DNA of 64,000 bases from Lophium mytilinum (Eukaryota), in NCBI GenBank assembly GCA_010093605.1, contig MU004187.1, positions 2,098,882 through 2,162,881 on the forward strand. Reading direction: 5' to 3'. Below, one piece after another: positions 1-13,017 of this stretch (positions within the stretch are counted from its first letter, which is position 1; every line of letters starts with the position of its first letter). The translations under genes were made by a program, and so were the position numbers. Under the pieces are notes generated by a model. That model did no database searches. It was given only the letters and a program-made list of their open reading frames with translations, and had not been told where the DNA came from.

Positions 1-627
1 TCCTTTCAATTTATCACGTTACAATCATTCAACCCCTTCTCCATCTCTCCACGTCCTGAATCCCCTCGCCATAACCCCACAAGCCCCTAGGACGCACTCA
101 CATAGGAGATTTAAAGGATTGTAGAAAGGTTGTGCGACAGAAGCTTCTGGCTCGTTGTTTGGAGTAATCCCTCGTGGACCGCAATTCCAGATCCTACCCC
201 TGTCAATATTCAGAATTTGAAGCCAGCGAAAATGCTCCGGGCCCACCCGACTTATCCCCGTGCGGGCCTACGCCTCCCAGCTATCCCCGAAATAAGGCGT
301 GGGCGTCTAGATGCCCCTCAGTCAGTGGCAACGTATGGACCAATGCTCTCAAGCCTCAAGATCACCACTAGGGCTGTCCTTGGACGACTCGGCTTTCTTT
401 CGGCACAAGAAGCACATTCGTCCCCTTATGTTTTACATGAAAGCATATAAGACTCTCACGGCTGGCTTCGTGTTTCAAGCCTCTCTCTATACCACAAGCA
501 ACCAGCCTACCAAATACCACTAGGCTTAAGTCACAAATCAAAAGTCTTTCACGAATCTACCCTCAGGATTCGGACTCTACTCAGACCTGGTACCACCTCA
601 TAACACACCACCACCACAACAACAACA

Positions 628-912
628 ATGCCTGCCTCAATACCCAGAACGTCAGCAGACCGCCCATCCACATCCACCCAATCCTCCTTCACCAGCCAAC
701 CCGAATTCACATCTTCATCTTCTTCAACAACATCGAAACGAAATCCTCTTCTGAAAGCCCTCAAAGCACCCTTCAAAGGCTGGTCGACATCACTCCTAGC
801 CGCCAAAGATGATCTCGATGACGAGTACAACTTCGCTAGCGGGTCCAGACGGGGAGCGGATTACAATTTCCCTAATGTAGGGAGGAGGGGATCAGAGGAG
901 AGTGGCAACTGA
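628..912 (+). CDS. Small Ser/Thr-rich hypothetical protein (94 aa)
   Basis: ATG in good context (acaacaATG) after a CA-rich leader, purine-rich 3' flank; no recognisable domain. Confidence 0.4.
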   Translation: MPASIPRTSADRPSTSTQSSFTSQPEFTSSSSSTTSKRNPLLKALKAPFKGWSTSLLAAKDDLDDEYNFASGSRRGADYNFPNVGRRGSEESGN

Positions 913-2969
913 TATTTGGCTTCGGATGGATGGAATGGATACACTGAAAATAGACTGGGCCACATGGGAATGTCATGCGGTGAACACACATTCGAAAGTG
1001 TATGTTAGGAAGGATTGAAGAGAGGCTCATGACGGCCAACGAAAGGAAAGAGGTTCACTCCCATCGCTGAAGGAAGCGATGGTACTACGTTGGGACGGGC
1101 GCTCTATACCCCTCTGTATTAAGAAATTACTATTGAATTCTCTTCACCTACGTTTACGTGACGCTTTGCGATGTGCTAGATTGGGCCTCGTTTTGGGGTT
1201 TCCGATCGCTACTTGAAGCTGGTATGTAGGGGCGTAGGTGGGTGGTAACGGGGTGTTTAGAAGGCGGTTGGTACAGTCTGAGGTGTCTCGAATGGGTCGA
1301 AAACTGGACAACATACCTAATGTAAAGGACTGTATTGGGCTAGAGGCTCCTTGGGCCGTTCTCAAAGGGTCCGAAAATAACCCGAAAATTACACCGCAAC
1401 AACGTCTTTTCTCCCCAAAACTTGGCCCCGTTCTTGGACATCCTCTGAGCCTCTTCAGAGCCCACTCTGAACACTGCAATCAAGCCCCAGAAATAGGAAA
1501 CCATTGCCAAGCATTCAAACGACTGGGCTTAGCATCAGCTTCCACCAGGATATTTCTCACACCGACCCAAAGACGCCGAATGGCATGTCGTGCGAGTACT
1601 TCGTACGGAGGAGATACCAAACGTCTTTTAGCCTTCGGACCATGTATGTACCCTTTTGCTACATCCGCGACTCGAAACAAAGCTTCGTCCGATTCCGACG
1701 GCAAGTTACCGTATTTGTACGCTCGTCCACAGACCCCTGAATCTTGACCGGCGAAGACGTGTCTTGCTCCGACTACTTGCTGTGTATTGCAGCAGTAGTC
1801 GGGTACACGGCTACCAACATTCCCAGTCGTCAAAGCACACAACGAATTAGATCAAGAAGGTCGTAGAATGCTAACGGTTGGTTCTTTTCATTGACATGTG
1901 GGAGACTGACGTGCTCTCCGTTCTGTTGTCCTTATCAAGCCGACCAATGGTTTGATACCAACTATTCAAGTTGTTCGTCCAGTCTTTCTCTAATCGAGTT
2001 CAAACCCCGTGTATCCCGGGGGGGACTGGCAAGGTATGTTCGGCATACTCCAGCGATCTACCGCAACCTTCTCCACCACAAGGCCTGTAAAAGCTATGAG
2101 GTTGAACCTGCCGAGGAGCTGGAATAGCAGCTTGCATAGGATCGACACAGGAACCCGAGTCTCGCCCCAACATTGGCCTAGCCTTACCCGGTCGATGACA
2201 GCATCTGGACGCCCTAATTGTCATTTTGCCTCAACCTATCATTGTTGCATGTTTCAAAAACCACAGGCAGTCTATGATATGATTTACTAGCATCTCGGAC
2301 TGACAATATTGCTCCTGAATCAGGAAGTGACGATGCATGACGCTGCCTGGAATCAACTCATGTCCGCCAACTATTACAGCTCTTCAAGATAGGAGGATTT
2401 ACCAGGCAATTCGAGTGACACGGCGTCTCCGATCCCTACGAATACAAGCGCTCCAAATAGTCGCTTTCCCTGCTGATCAGGGAACCAGCTCGAAGATCAC
2501 CGGACCTGATGCATTCTTTACGTATCTATCAGTCCATTCTCATGTTCTCTCGCATCAATTACCAATCCGTCCGAAGGGGGGGGGGGGGAGTCCAAGGCCT
2601 CCATCTAGCTGAGAGGATCACCAAGATGTGGCGGTCTCGCAATAGGCCTCCTTCACCCACGTGGGCCCATTGGCTCGGAACCCCGGAAGGTTCGAGTTCG
2701 TGCGAAGGATCAAGGATCTTGTGCACAGTTTACCGTCCCTTCCGCTACCCGTCAATGTAAATCAATTTAGCGCGTCCTTATTTCGACATTCTTTGACCGA
2801 AAGTAAACATATGTCCACAACGGTCATCACGTCACAAACGACGGAGCAGTCTCCATATAGACGCTGGATTTATCATATAAATTGAGGAAGCGGTCAAAGA
2901 CCTTCAACATTCGGTATCAAGTTCAAGATGAGTTGCTTGTCCTTCCTTCACTTGCCAAAGACGAACAAG

Positions 2970-4349
2970 ATGGAAAAGCTCGCTGCTGAGGTGAAGACAA
3001 TTGCTAGCACCGCCAATGATGTCGAGAGAAGAAAGATTATCGACTCTCTCAGAGAGCTGCAGTACTCTGTGGAGTCGCCGCACGATACACTAAACAGAAC
3101 CATCTACTACGTAAATACCACTTTTCTAATACAACTCTCGGATATGTTTCTTTGAGCTATGAGTAACAACAGATCGATAGAACCTCCGTCTTGCAATAGC
3201 CAGAGTAGCTATGGATATGAAGCTATTCGAAACGCTCGTTGAAAGCGCTCCTGTCCCATTGACCGTCTCCAAACTTGCAAAGCAGACGGGTGCTTCTCCA
3301 GTGCTTCTTGGTTAGACCAACGTCCCACCCGGCTATCGATATAAAATTTACTCACAGTCTTCTAGGCCGCCTCCTCCGGTTTCTCGCTGCTTTCTCCATG
3401 GTTAAAGAAGTCGGTGTCGATACGTTCACCGCAAACCATATCACCAAGTCGATGTCAGAAGAAGGCTTCCAAGCTGGTGCTCACCATTAGTACATGCCAC
3501 GTTCTTTCCCCCCGCTTATGTCCCACTAACCCGACTCCTAGCTTCGATAACCTTAACAAAGTCTTCCAAGCCGCCCCAGATTTCCTCGCCGCTCGCAAAT
3601 ACCAAGATATCACCGACCCTAAAGATACACCCTTCCGGGCCGCCTACAACACCGACCTCACCATCTTCGCCTGGGCCCAAGGCCAACCAAGTTTCCTCTC
3701 TTACTTCGGAAAGTACCTGGCATATGACCGCACTGGCCGAAAGATCTGGCTGGACGTCTATCCATTTGCTCAGGAGTGTGCCGAGCAGCCCATCACCGAG
3801 AAAGACGTCCTCCTCGTCGACGTCGGCGGTGGAATCGGTGATCAAGTAATCGCACTGAAGACACGCCACCCCACCATCGCAGGACGCGTGATTCTGCAGG
3901 ACATCCCCGAGACGCTCAACGGCGCCATCCCACACGATGGAATTGAAACGATGGCACATGACTTCTTTCAGCCGCAGACCATCAAGGGTATGCATCAGAC
4001 CTCCCCCCTCACCACCCCTATTCTAACCGCCAAGACAGGCGCCAAGTACTACTACCTCCGCAACATCCTCCATGACTGGCCCGACGCCGCCTCCATCACT
4101 ATCTTGGACCATCTTACCGAGGCCATGTCTTCTAGCTCCATTCTCTTGATTGATGAGATAGTCCTCCCAGACTCCGGCGTCCCCTGGCAAGCGGTGCAGC
4201 TGGACATGGTCATGATGTGCTGCCTCGGCGCCATGGAGCGTACGCGTGAGCAGTGGCGCGTCCTGCTGGAGGGGCGCGGGCTTAGGATCCTTGGGGTTTG
4301 GACGTATGGGTCTGTTGGGGAGAGCGTGGTGGCTTGTGAGCTCAAGTGA
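2970..4349 (+). CDS. SAM-dependent O-methyltransferase (Methyltransf_2 family), multi-exon
   Basis: MEKLAAEVK start, N-terminal dimerisation-like region, LVDVGGGIG SAM-binding motif, ILQD, HDFF and LRNILHDWPD motifs; GT-AG introns at about 3111-3180, 3311-3365, 3490-3541 and 3988-4038. Confidence 0.9.
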
Positions 4350-4704
4350 ACTGCGATGGGATGAGCAATAGTCTGATTGGCGCTGCCTGGAACTTGACAA
4401 CGCGCTTAGATGTTGGAAATCGTACGGGGGTACCCCAAGCAGTGGTAAATGGGTGTGAGCTCAAGTGTGAACTGCGTTTAGCAATAGTTGGACTGGGTTG
4501 AACATGAAGTACGCTCAGGGTATGATGTGAAGTTTTTCGCGCTTTCATTCAAGCTGGCCTTTCAAACCGCTGGCCTGTACTGGTCTGGCACTGTCTGGGT
4601 GCGCCAACAGGGTACAGAATCGTAAGGATTCACGCAGCTGTTCACACAAAACCTCCCTCCGCTCGCGTCTCACCTCCCACCCATCCCTTCATCATTCCAA
4701 CCCC

Positions 4705-5829
4705 TCAACACGCCGAATTCGTCTGCGTAAGAAGCCCCAGCCTCCACGGCAGCGAATTATAGTCCCCACTCGCACTCGGACTAACCCCCTGATACAAATA
4801 CCTCAGATTGCACGGACTAATCGCCATTGTCTGATTCGCATCCGTCCGCACCATCTCCCCATGGCTAATACTCTGCGTCCACGCCGTGCCCTCAAACGCC
4901 ACATTGCTCGCCCTCGCAAACGGATTCGCCTCGGTATCCGCCAGCCCAGTCCACGGGCCCGCGATGCTGCTCGCCGTCCACGAGCGGAAGTACCGCTTGC
5001 CGTCGCTGCCGATGGCTTCGACGAGGAGGAGATACTTGCCGTCGCCGACGCTGTACACGTTGGACGCCTCGAAGAGGGCGTTTTTGGCGTCGGATAGCGC
5101 GATGACGGGCTCGGTCATGCCGGCGGGGAAGCTGCTGAGGGGTGTCTGCGAGCGGTATAGGTGGCCGTTGTCGTCGCTGCTGAAGAGGTGGCAGTTGGAG
5201 GCGTCGCAGATTACCCACATGTCGACCCAGTAGCCGCTGCCGATGTTGGCGGTGACGGTGCTGGGCGTGCCGCTGTAGAAGTGCTTCGGGGCGCTCCAGC
5301 CGGAGGGGTTGCTGATGTCTTTGTTGGTTGAGTAGGCGGCGTTGCCGTCTTGGAATACGAGACTACATGGTGTGACAGGTTAGATACTTGTCGGTCGTAC
5401 GTATGTTGGGGTTGTGACTTACTACCAGAGGCTCTGCGGTTCGAAGTAGAAGACCTGGGGAGCAGCGCGGTACCCAGAGCCGATGGGTGTCTGATCGAGG
5501 TAGTTGAAGGTAGCAGAGTTTGCTTGAGAGAAGTCCGTGAAGCTCAAGTAGACTAGATTGTAACCCGAAGACTGGGCGGTGCTGGCGAAGACGTGATATT
5601 TGCCGTCGTGGAAGACGATAGAAGGGTCTTTGATTCCAGCAATGTTCCGACTATCGCTCTTCGGGCTGATGAGTATTCCGCTCGAGCTCCATTTGAAGCT
5701 ACTAGGCAGGCTGCCTGTTTGCCTAGTCGTCAAGGCATTGACGCGACCGGAGGTTGGCTCGTCCGGTACGAATAAGGGGCTGGCGACCGCAGCAGCAATC
5801 GCTGTTGCAAGGACAATGAGTGATCGCAT
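4705..5829 (-). CDS. Secreted alpha-L-arabinofuranosidase, glycoside hydrolase family 62
   Basis: Signal peptide MRSLIVLATAIAAAVA; IKDPSIV, AAPQVFYF, VDMWVICD, LFEASNVY and SISHGEMVR motifs; one intron at about 5363-5422 restores W-Y-L-V-F-Q. Confidence 0.95.
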
Positions 5830-5875
5830 CTTTCGAGCACTCTTGATACATTTTGTTGCTATGTCGCCCATCAGC

Positions 5876-6005
5876 TTTATACCCAAGGACTAGGACAGCT
5901 TGTCCCGAGAAAACACAATAGCCGCCCGGCTAAAGAAGTTGTCATGCCGGCAGTGAAACATGATGAAAGCTTGTATAGCGGAGAAGATCCTTATTAAAAG
6001 CGGGG
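5876..6005 (-). promoter_or_regulatory. GH62 promoter: TATA box, XlnR-type site and CreA-type sites
   Basis: TATAAA on minus strand 5876-5881; CGGCTAAA at 5927-5934; SYGGRG at 5978-5983 and 6000-6005. Confidence 0.5.
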
Positions 6006-6429
6006 GAAGGTGCTTGTGGGGTTCCAAGGAAAGTAACCGGAGAGTAGGAGGACATTTCTAGATTAGTAGCCTTTGGTTGAACGACTGCGTTGGTTGCGGA
6101 TAGTCGTTCCGGGATCATATAAAGGAAGTCTGTTTGGGATTAATCTGGCGAATTTAGTTTGTCACTTCGCTAGGGTCTTCCCTGGCACTATAGTATCTGC
6201 CTCAATACATCCTAGTCCACCAATAAGCTGATTGCCGACAAAAGCATTACAAGCGAGCATGACTTTCAATGTGACTTACTTTTCAGAAGTTTCTAGTAGG
6301 CTCCCCGAATCTGAACTGCCAGGTCAACACCAGGTGGGGCTGTTCAAAGTGTTTATACGGATTTATGGCCGGTCACTGTAGAATCTGGTGGAAGGTGAAC
6401 TGAACAATCTAATCTCTAATTCCCTATCT

Positions 6430-8045
6430 CTATTTGCCTATCTCTGCATCTTTTGACCCCAATACTCCATCACTGTCGTTCTGTTGGCTTTTTATAGCCT
6501 CCAGAACATCCATACCCATCCCAGTCCTGGGCCCGGTGAAGTTCTTTCGTCCGTCGACGAACCATTGGACAGTGCTGATAATGAGAATGATGGTGAAGGC
6601 GACTATGCAATAATCTGGGCGCGTTAGAACCGATATTCCATGTGATTATAATCAAACTTACTCATATTACTGCCTGTAACAGGAAGCTCCGGTGGGAAGA
6701 CGAATAGAACGGTTGTGACAATTACGTAGGCAATGCCAATTAAATTTGCAGTCCATCCAAACCAGGTGGGAAGCACGAAAGCCCGTGGCGGAAGTTTGTT
6801 TCGTCCCTGTAGACAATTCACCGCGATTGGCATGGCGTAGCTGACGCCGAGGGCCACAACTGAAGCGGAGATGATGGCGTTGAATGCGCTGCTAGATCCA
6901 AGGAAGATGCAGCCAAAAATGACAACCAGTGCAGTCGTCAAGTAAAGCGCGTTGAGGGGAAGATCCAGCTTTGGATGCACCTTAGCGAAGAATCTCGAAT
7001 AAGGGAGACCGCCGTCGCGAGCGAATGCGTACGACATCCTTGACGACGTCGTCATGATCGAGGTGGTAGCGAACAACAAGCAAACGAGTGGGAACATCAG
7101 AAGGCAAATAGCTCCCGCGTGGCTTTGAGTCGCGTTGTAAAGGATTTGGAGAAGAGGGCCTGCCGCTGAGGTAGTGACCGTCTGTACGTCACCAGCGACA
7201 AACAAGAGCACGGTCAGGAAGATGAAGCCGGTGAACATTCCAATAGCAACGCAAGCAATCATGATCTTTGGCCCCTCTGTGGCAGCGTTTGGAATCTCTT
7301 CAATCATGTGGGCCACAGCATCGAAGCCGGTTAGGCCAAGACCACCTTGGAGCAATCCTAACAACCAGGCGATTCCATCGGGCCAGCCAGTCTCGTTGAT
7401 GAATTGCCGGAAGACGAAATAGCCAGAGGAGTAGTTCGGGGATGCGCAGGCTAGGCATGTAATCGAAATGATACAGAATCCGGCAATAGACCATGTGATG
7501 GCGGCTTTGTTGACATACGGGAGAGACGAGTTTAGGAATGCGTTTACAACGAAGGCGAAGACGTTGTAGCCGATATAGATGAGGAATTGATGCCATCTCT
7601 GGGGAGAGTAGCTCGGGTTCATTAGGGATATAACGCCCACAATCAGCTGGGAGCCCAGAAGGCCACCTGATGCGACCAGCGCGATCCACCCAGACACGTT
7701 GATCCAGCCAGTAATCCAAGAGAGAATCGGAACATATCGTTTCCAGCTGATGACGGCCACCCAATGATACTGGCCCCCGGCTGTGGGATATGCAGAAAGA
7801 AACTCGGCGAGAGACGCGGCGAGGCAGAGATTGCATATGCCTGCAGTCACGAGCCCCCAGATCACACTCGTTGATCCACCGGAGGGCAGGGCCAGAGATA
7901 GAGAGGCGGAGAGAGCAGTCCACGAGTTGAGAATTGCGAAAGCCAGGCCAAGCATGGAGAGAGGGGAGAAGTTTCTCTTCAATTCTCCCTTGTGGCCGAG
8001 AGCCTCGAGCTGAAGCTCATCGTTGGTTCCCTGTGGTTCACCCAT
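6430..8045 (-). CDS. APC-superfamily amino acid/choline/GABA permease (HNM1/UGA4-like)
   Basis: About 12 hydrophobic segments; LKRNFSPLSMLGLAF, YPTAGGQYHW, FDAVAHMIEE and SRMSYAFARDGGLP motifs; final intron at about 6615-6662 gives GSNMNYCIVAF...KDAEIGK*. Confidence 0.93.
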
Positions 8046-9112
8046 GGTTAGGATTGGAACAAAATTAAAGTTGTTATTAAATGCAAGAGAATTCGCAACG
8101 AGCAATGAGATAGATATATATTAGCAGCGATGCAGTCTGAGCTATGGGCACCCTAAGAGCCCGATGGAGTCCGTCGGAGGATGGGGTCAGCCAGATAAGA
8201 AGATGGTACGGCTCCTTCTCCTCACCATGGCTCTGGGCCATCCATCAGAGCGGCGTGGAGGTTACACCGGGTTCTCCGAGACGTCATCGCGTGCTGGATC
8301 CACCCGGAAGCACGAGAGGGGGGACGGTGCCGATCTGACCAAGCCGTTGCGGGCAAGAACACGCAGGCGCCGTTTGCTGACAAGGAGGGATGCCCTGGTG
8401 AGCATGCGCTCATGAGGCATAGGAATGCGCGCTACGCTGTCCAGCGTGGGATAGAGTAAGAGCGACGTCGGTCTCCGTAATGAGAACTTGTCATCCGAGG
8501 CTAGGAAGGGCTTGCGCGACAGCCTCTGTGGCCTCACGCGAGCAAGATATGAGAGTAACATATTTACCTGATCGTCCGCATTGTAGGCCTCCTCTGAGAC
8601 TAGTATCGAAGGGTTAGCATAAGGTTTCTTCCTAAAGATCCGAAGTGTGCCCATACTGCTCCCGCGGGCGTGAAGTGGCGGCTCATCAAAGGCTTCGAAA
8701 GCTTCTAGCGCCGTGTACCTGACCGTGCGATGGGGTGATCTGTCCCTCATGCCTCACTTCCATCCCGTGTATCAGAATACCTGCGGGTCTTAGTGCAAAC
8801 TCGAGATGCAACCGTGGGGTAGAAGGAGAGGATGTTACGACAAGCTCCTGAAGATGCTTGGCACGGCTCGGCATTCACTGCCCGCTTCTCGACCCCTCGA
8901 TGTGTCGACAGCGCCCAGTCTTACAGCTTCTTCGCGAAACTATCTCAGTCTCTCTCGGCTACGAAGAACAACAGCAAAGCCCTTATAACCTGTCAGAGTG
9001 CCCAGAGCGCTACTTCTCTCATGTGACCAGCATGACGGTGCACTTTTGTTCCACCTAATCCAGTACCGGACCACCGCATCGACTCTGCAAAGCTGCGATA
9101 CGGCGCGCAACG

Positions 9113-10681
9113 ATGACTCGGATGACCCGGCTGTGGAACCGCATATCTGCATCTCGCGCCCAGCGTTACGACAGACTACCATTAGGAGAACATGAACCCG
9201 AAAGTGCTCTGAAGAAACGACCCTCTCCCTACGCTGTCATTTGGCCATGGGCAATAGTCCTCACCGGTATTGCTTTCATTTTCTGGGCCTTTTCAAGGTA
9301 TTTCATCTCAAACTTCCCATTTCCTGTACTCATGAACAATAGGGTATACTCCATCGAGCCCCTAGAACCTTCGAAACCATGCGACTCGATCGATGAAGGC
9401 TATCGTTGCAGTCCCAACATCTCGCACTTCTGGGGCCAGTACTCGCTCTACTTCAGCGTCCCCTCCGATATACCTCCAGAACCTCCTAAAGGCTGTTCCA
9501 TCACCTTTGCCCAGATACTCTCAAGACATGGAGGCCGAGATCCAACGTTTGGGAAGAGTATCTGGTATAATTACACGATAAACAAGATACAGCAGAATAC
9601 CAAGGAATACAATAATGAGTTTGCGATCTTAGCCGACTATGAGTACACCCTCGGCGCAGATCAGCTTACAGCGGCCGGGAGACAACAGATGGTCAACTCC
9701 GGTATACGCTTTTACCGATTCTATGAAGCATTGGCGAGTAAGCATGTGCCATTTGTCCGGTCATCAGGGCAACATCGGGTCATTGAGTCTGGAGAAAAGT
9801 GGCTCGAAGGGTTTGGAAAAGCTAAGAATGATGGGAAGCCAGCACCAGATATGGTCATAATCAGCGAGGATGAGGGCTCGAACAACACCTTGAGCCATGG
9901 TCTGTGCACGGCTTTCGAAGACTCCCACACTGGCAGTGCTGCACAGGCTGCGTGGGCGGGGATATTCATTCCACCGATCCAGAAAAACGTCAACACCCAC
10001 CTTGTAGGCGCAGATCTTACACAGTCGGAGGTGATATACCTCATGGACCTTTGCCCCTTCGAGACAGTTGCACATCCCACAGCCAAGTTGTCTGGCATAT
10101 GCGGTCTCTTCAGTGAAAAGGAGTGGCAACAATACGACTACTACCAGTCACTAGGAAAGTACTACGGCTATGCGGACGGAAACCCTCTTGGTGCTACGCA
10201 AGGCGCGGGCTTTGTGAACGAACTGATTGCTCGGATGACGGGAAATCCAGTCGAAGACAAGACGTGTACGAACCACACCTTGAACTCAGATTCGAAGACA
10301 TTCCCATTAGACAGGCGACTATATGCAGACTTCAGCCACGACAACGACATGGCGAGCATATTTAGTGCTTTTGGTCTCCACAATAGCACGTCACCATTAT
10401 CAAACACAACTCTAGAAACCGTCAAGGATACGAGAGGCTATGCTGCCTCGTGGACTGTCCCGTTTGCAGCGCGGGCATACTTCGAGAAGATGATGTGCGA
10501 GGGGGAAGACGAGGAGTTTGTCAGAATCATCGTCAACGATCGTGTGGTACCGCTGAGCTATTGCGATGGAGACGAGCATGGTCGATGCAAGTTGAGTAGG
10601 TTTGTTGAGAGTATGGCATTCTCACAGGCCGGTGGACACTGGGACCAGTGTTTTGTGAAGGAGCAGGAGCTACATAATTGA
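9113..10681 (+). CDS. Histidine acid phosphatase / 3-phytase (PhyA-like) with N-terminal membrane anchor
   Basis: RHGGRDP catalytic motif, FSHDND proton-donor motif, WGQYS, SLGKYYGY and conserved Cys pattern; hydrophobic helix at residues ~42-60. Confidence 0.93.
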   Translation: MTRMTRLWNRISASRAQRYDRLPLGEHEPESALKKRPSPYAVIWPWAIVLTGIAFIFWAFSRYFISNFPFPVLMNNRVYSIEPLEPSKPCDSIDEGYRCSPNISHFWGQYSLYFSVPSDIPPEPPKGCSITFAQILSRHGGRDPTFGKSIWYNYTINKIQQNTKEYNNEFAILADYEYTLGADQLTAAGRQQMVNSGIRFYRFYEALASKHVPFVRSSGQHRVIESGEKWLEGFGKAKNDGKPAPDMVIISEDEGSNNTLSHGLCTAFEDSHTGSAAQAAWAGIFIPPIQKNVNTHLVGADLTQSEVIYLMDLCPFETVAHPTAKLSGICGLFSEKEWQQYDYYQSLGKYYGYADGNPLGATQGAGFVNELIARMTGNPVEDKTCTNHTLNSDSKTFPLDRRLYADFSHDNDMASIFSAFGLHNSTSPLSNTTLETVKDTRGYAASWTVPFAARAYFEKMMCEGEDEEFVRIIVNDRVVPLSYCDGDEHGRCKLSRFVESMAFSQAGGHWDQCFVKEQELHN

Positions 10682-11114
10682 GACCACATAGTTGATACCA
10701 CACAATCGATACCCTTTTCAAAATTGCATTCTTTCATCCGCATCTCAAATGTCACTGTATTCAGAATTATCATCTAGTGAATCAGGTCGCCCTGGTCATA
10801 GTCCCGATGGCTTCCGTGATGTCCAAAACACCAGCGGGATTGATGGAGCCAACAGCATCTCGATATATATCGGGACTCGGCACCAAAGCACGGGAGCGTA
10901 CAACGCACTGTAATTGGCCCACCATTCGCTCGGGTTGGCCTTCCGTCTTCCTCCGACCAAAATTTGTTGCTAGTCTCGCCAAGAGGTCTCTGCTCCGACG
11001 GCTCAGAGGAGCTTTGCCAGGAAAACATCCTCCAAGTTCCTAGCACCACCCATCACCACCTCAGCTTGCCCTCTCCACTCACTTCGTCATATTCACACGC
11101 CCACATCCACCACA

Positions 11115-12336
11115 ATGTCGGCTCCTCCTACATCCACCGGCTCGACAAAGCTCGATGCCATTAAGCAGAACGTTGCCGCCGCCGAACCCGGAAAACTCAC
11201 CGGCCTCCAACTGTATTCGCGATTCGCTTTTGCCGGTGCCGTCTGCTGTTCGGTCACTCATGGCGGCCTCACCCCCGTGGACGTGTAAGTTACTTTTGCC
11301 AATTTGGAGGTTATCGCTGGCTTCAATGAACGGTGTCGCATTCCCGAGACCCGCCTTGGTTTTCTCGGTACCTCAATGAAAAAGCGGCTAACACAACACC
11401 CACAGAGTCAAGACACGAATCCAACTCGACCCCGTCAAGTACAACAAGGGCCTCATCGGCGGCTTCAGGCAAGTCATCGCGTCTGAGGGAGCGGGCGCGG
11501 TATGGACTGGGTTTGGCCCGACCGCTGCAGGATACTTCCTTCAGGGCGCATTCAAGTTCGGCGGATACGAATTCTTCAAGCAACAGAGCATCAACCTCCT
11601 CGGATATGAGACCGCCTCGAACAACCGAACGGCTGTCTACCTGGCCTCCGCCGCCTGCGCTGAATTCTTCGCCGATATTGCGCTCTGCCCCCTAGAAGCC
11701 ACCCGTATCCGTCTCGTTTCGGAGCCCACCTTTGCCAATGGTCTCATTGGAGGCTTTGGAAAGATTGCGAAGACCGAGGGCTTCGGCGCTTTCTACTCTG
11801 GTTTCGGTCCCATCCTGTTCAAGCAGTAAGTTTTCCCTGGGGCCACCCAGCCCAAACCGGCTATTTCCGCAAACTCTGTGCTCATCATCAACCAGAGTAC
11901 CGTACACCATGGCCAAGTTCGTCGTCTACGAGAAGGTCTCGGAATTGATCTACAAGCAAGTTGACAAGTCCACTGCCTCCGGAGGAACCCAGACCGCCAT
12001 CAACCTCGGTTCTGGTCTTATTGCCGGTCTGGCCGCCGCCGTCGTGTCTCAACCCGCCGATACCATGCTCAGCAAGATCAACAAGACCAAGGGCCTTCCC
12101 GGAGAAGGTACCACCAGCCGCTTGATCAAGATCGCCAAGGAACTTGGTCTCAGGGGCTCGTACGCTGGTATTGGAGCTCGTCTATTCATGGGTAAATCTC
12201 TCTGCCCTCTCCCCGACCTCGAATCCCGTTTGTTGACCTCTTTACAGTTGGATCGCTTACGGCGGGACAATTTGCGATCTACGGCGATATCAAGAAGGCA
12301 ATTGGTGCTACGGGTGGTGTTGAGATCGCCAAGTAA
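11115..12336 (+). CDS. MIR1: Mitochondrial phosphate carrier (SLC25), 4 exons
   Basis: [66 protein letters not shown]; introns at about 11285-11406, 11826-11894 and 12192-12248. Confidence 0.95.
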
Positions 12337-13017
12337 ATATGACAACGCAAACAGCGGACGGAACGACGATTATGCAACCGCGGCTATGACAGGGCGTTCT
12401 TTTCTCAAGGGGAAAAGCAGGTCTGTCTTCGTTTTTGCATATCGGGCATTATTCGGGATTTTTCTTTTTTGCTTCCTCTACTACCCTTTTGGGTTGTTAT
12501 GTTATAGAGAAGAAGGTATATGTCCTGCTTGCGGTGGCAGGATCTGTAACAGTACGCCCTTAGTTAGTCTCACAGCAATAGACGGTGCGATTTTAATACC
12601 TCATGCATACTCCACCAGTTACGCAGGATTCCTCACTCAAACATGCCCTCACGATCGTGACATCACATTTCAGCCATCAGTCAACGCTGGAGCGCTGCCT
12701 CCTCATTTCCGGAAACGTGAGGAGGTTCGGCGAGCGAGTCCGTCTCACGGCACGCGAGTAAAGTTGACGTTGCCCGGACACCTCAGGAGCTTTGAACCTG
12801 TCAAACAGTGTTGCCCATGTCAAAATATGAGAGTCGACAGCTTGAACTCTCTTTCCTATACTATAGAGACTGTGGGTTGCGAAGTTCTCCTTTCCCGCGA
12901 GCGCACGTGATCCCTCCGCTCAATGTCATATATGATTGGCCGATGCTCCTCCGCACTTTTTGGTGTTTACTTGCCCCAAACAACCCCACCTCAACCCACC
13001 AGCCAGCTCCATTCACA

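Noticed and set aside
25..2900. Short ORFs and weak inverted similarity between about 265-315 and 1175-1240; G13 run at 2576-2588
   Set aside because: No recognisable domain or transposase motif; the similarity is too weak to call by eye
11732..12910. 392-aa ORF in the ORF track
   Set aside because: Artefact: it reads through introns and the 3' UTR of the phosphate carrier gene; only the middle part is real coding sequence
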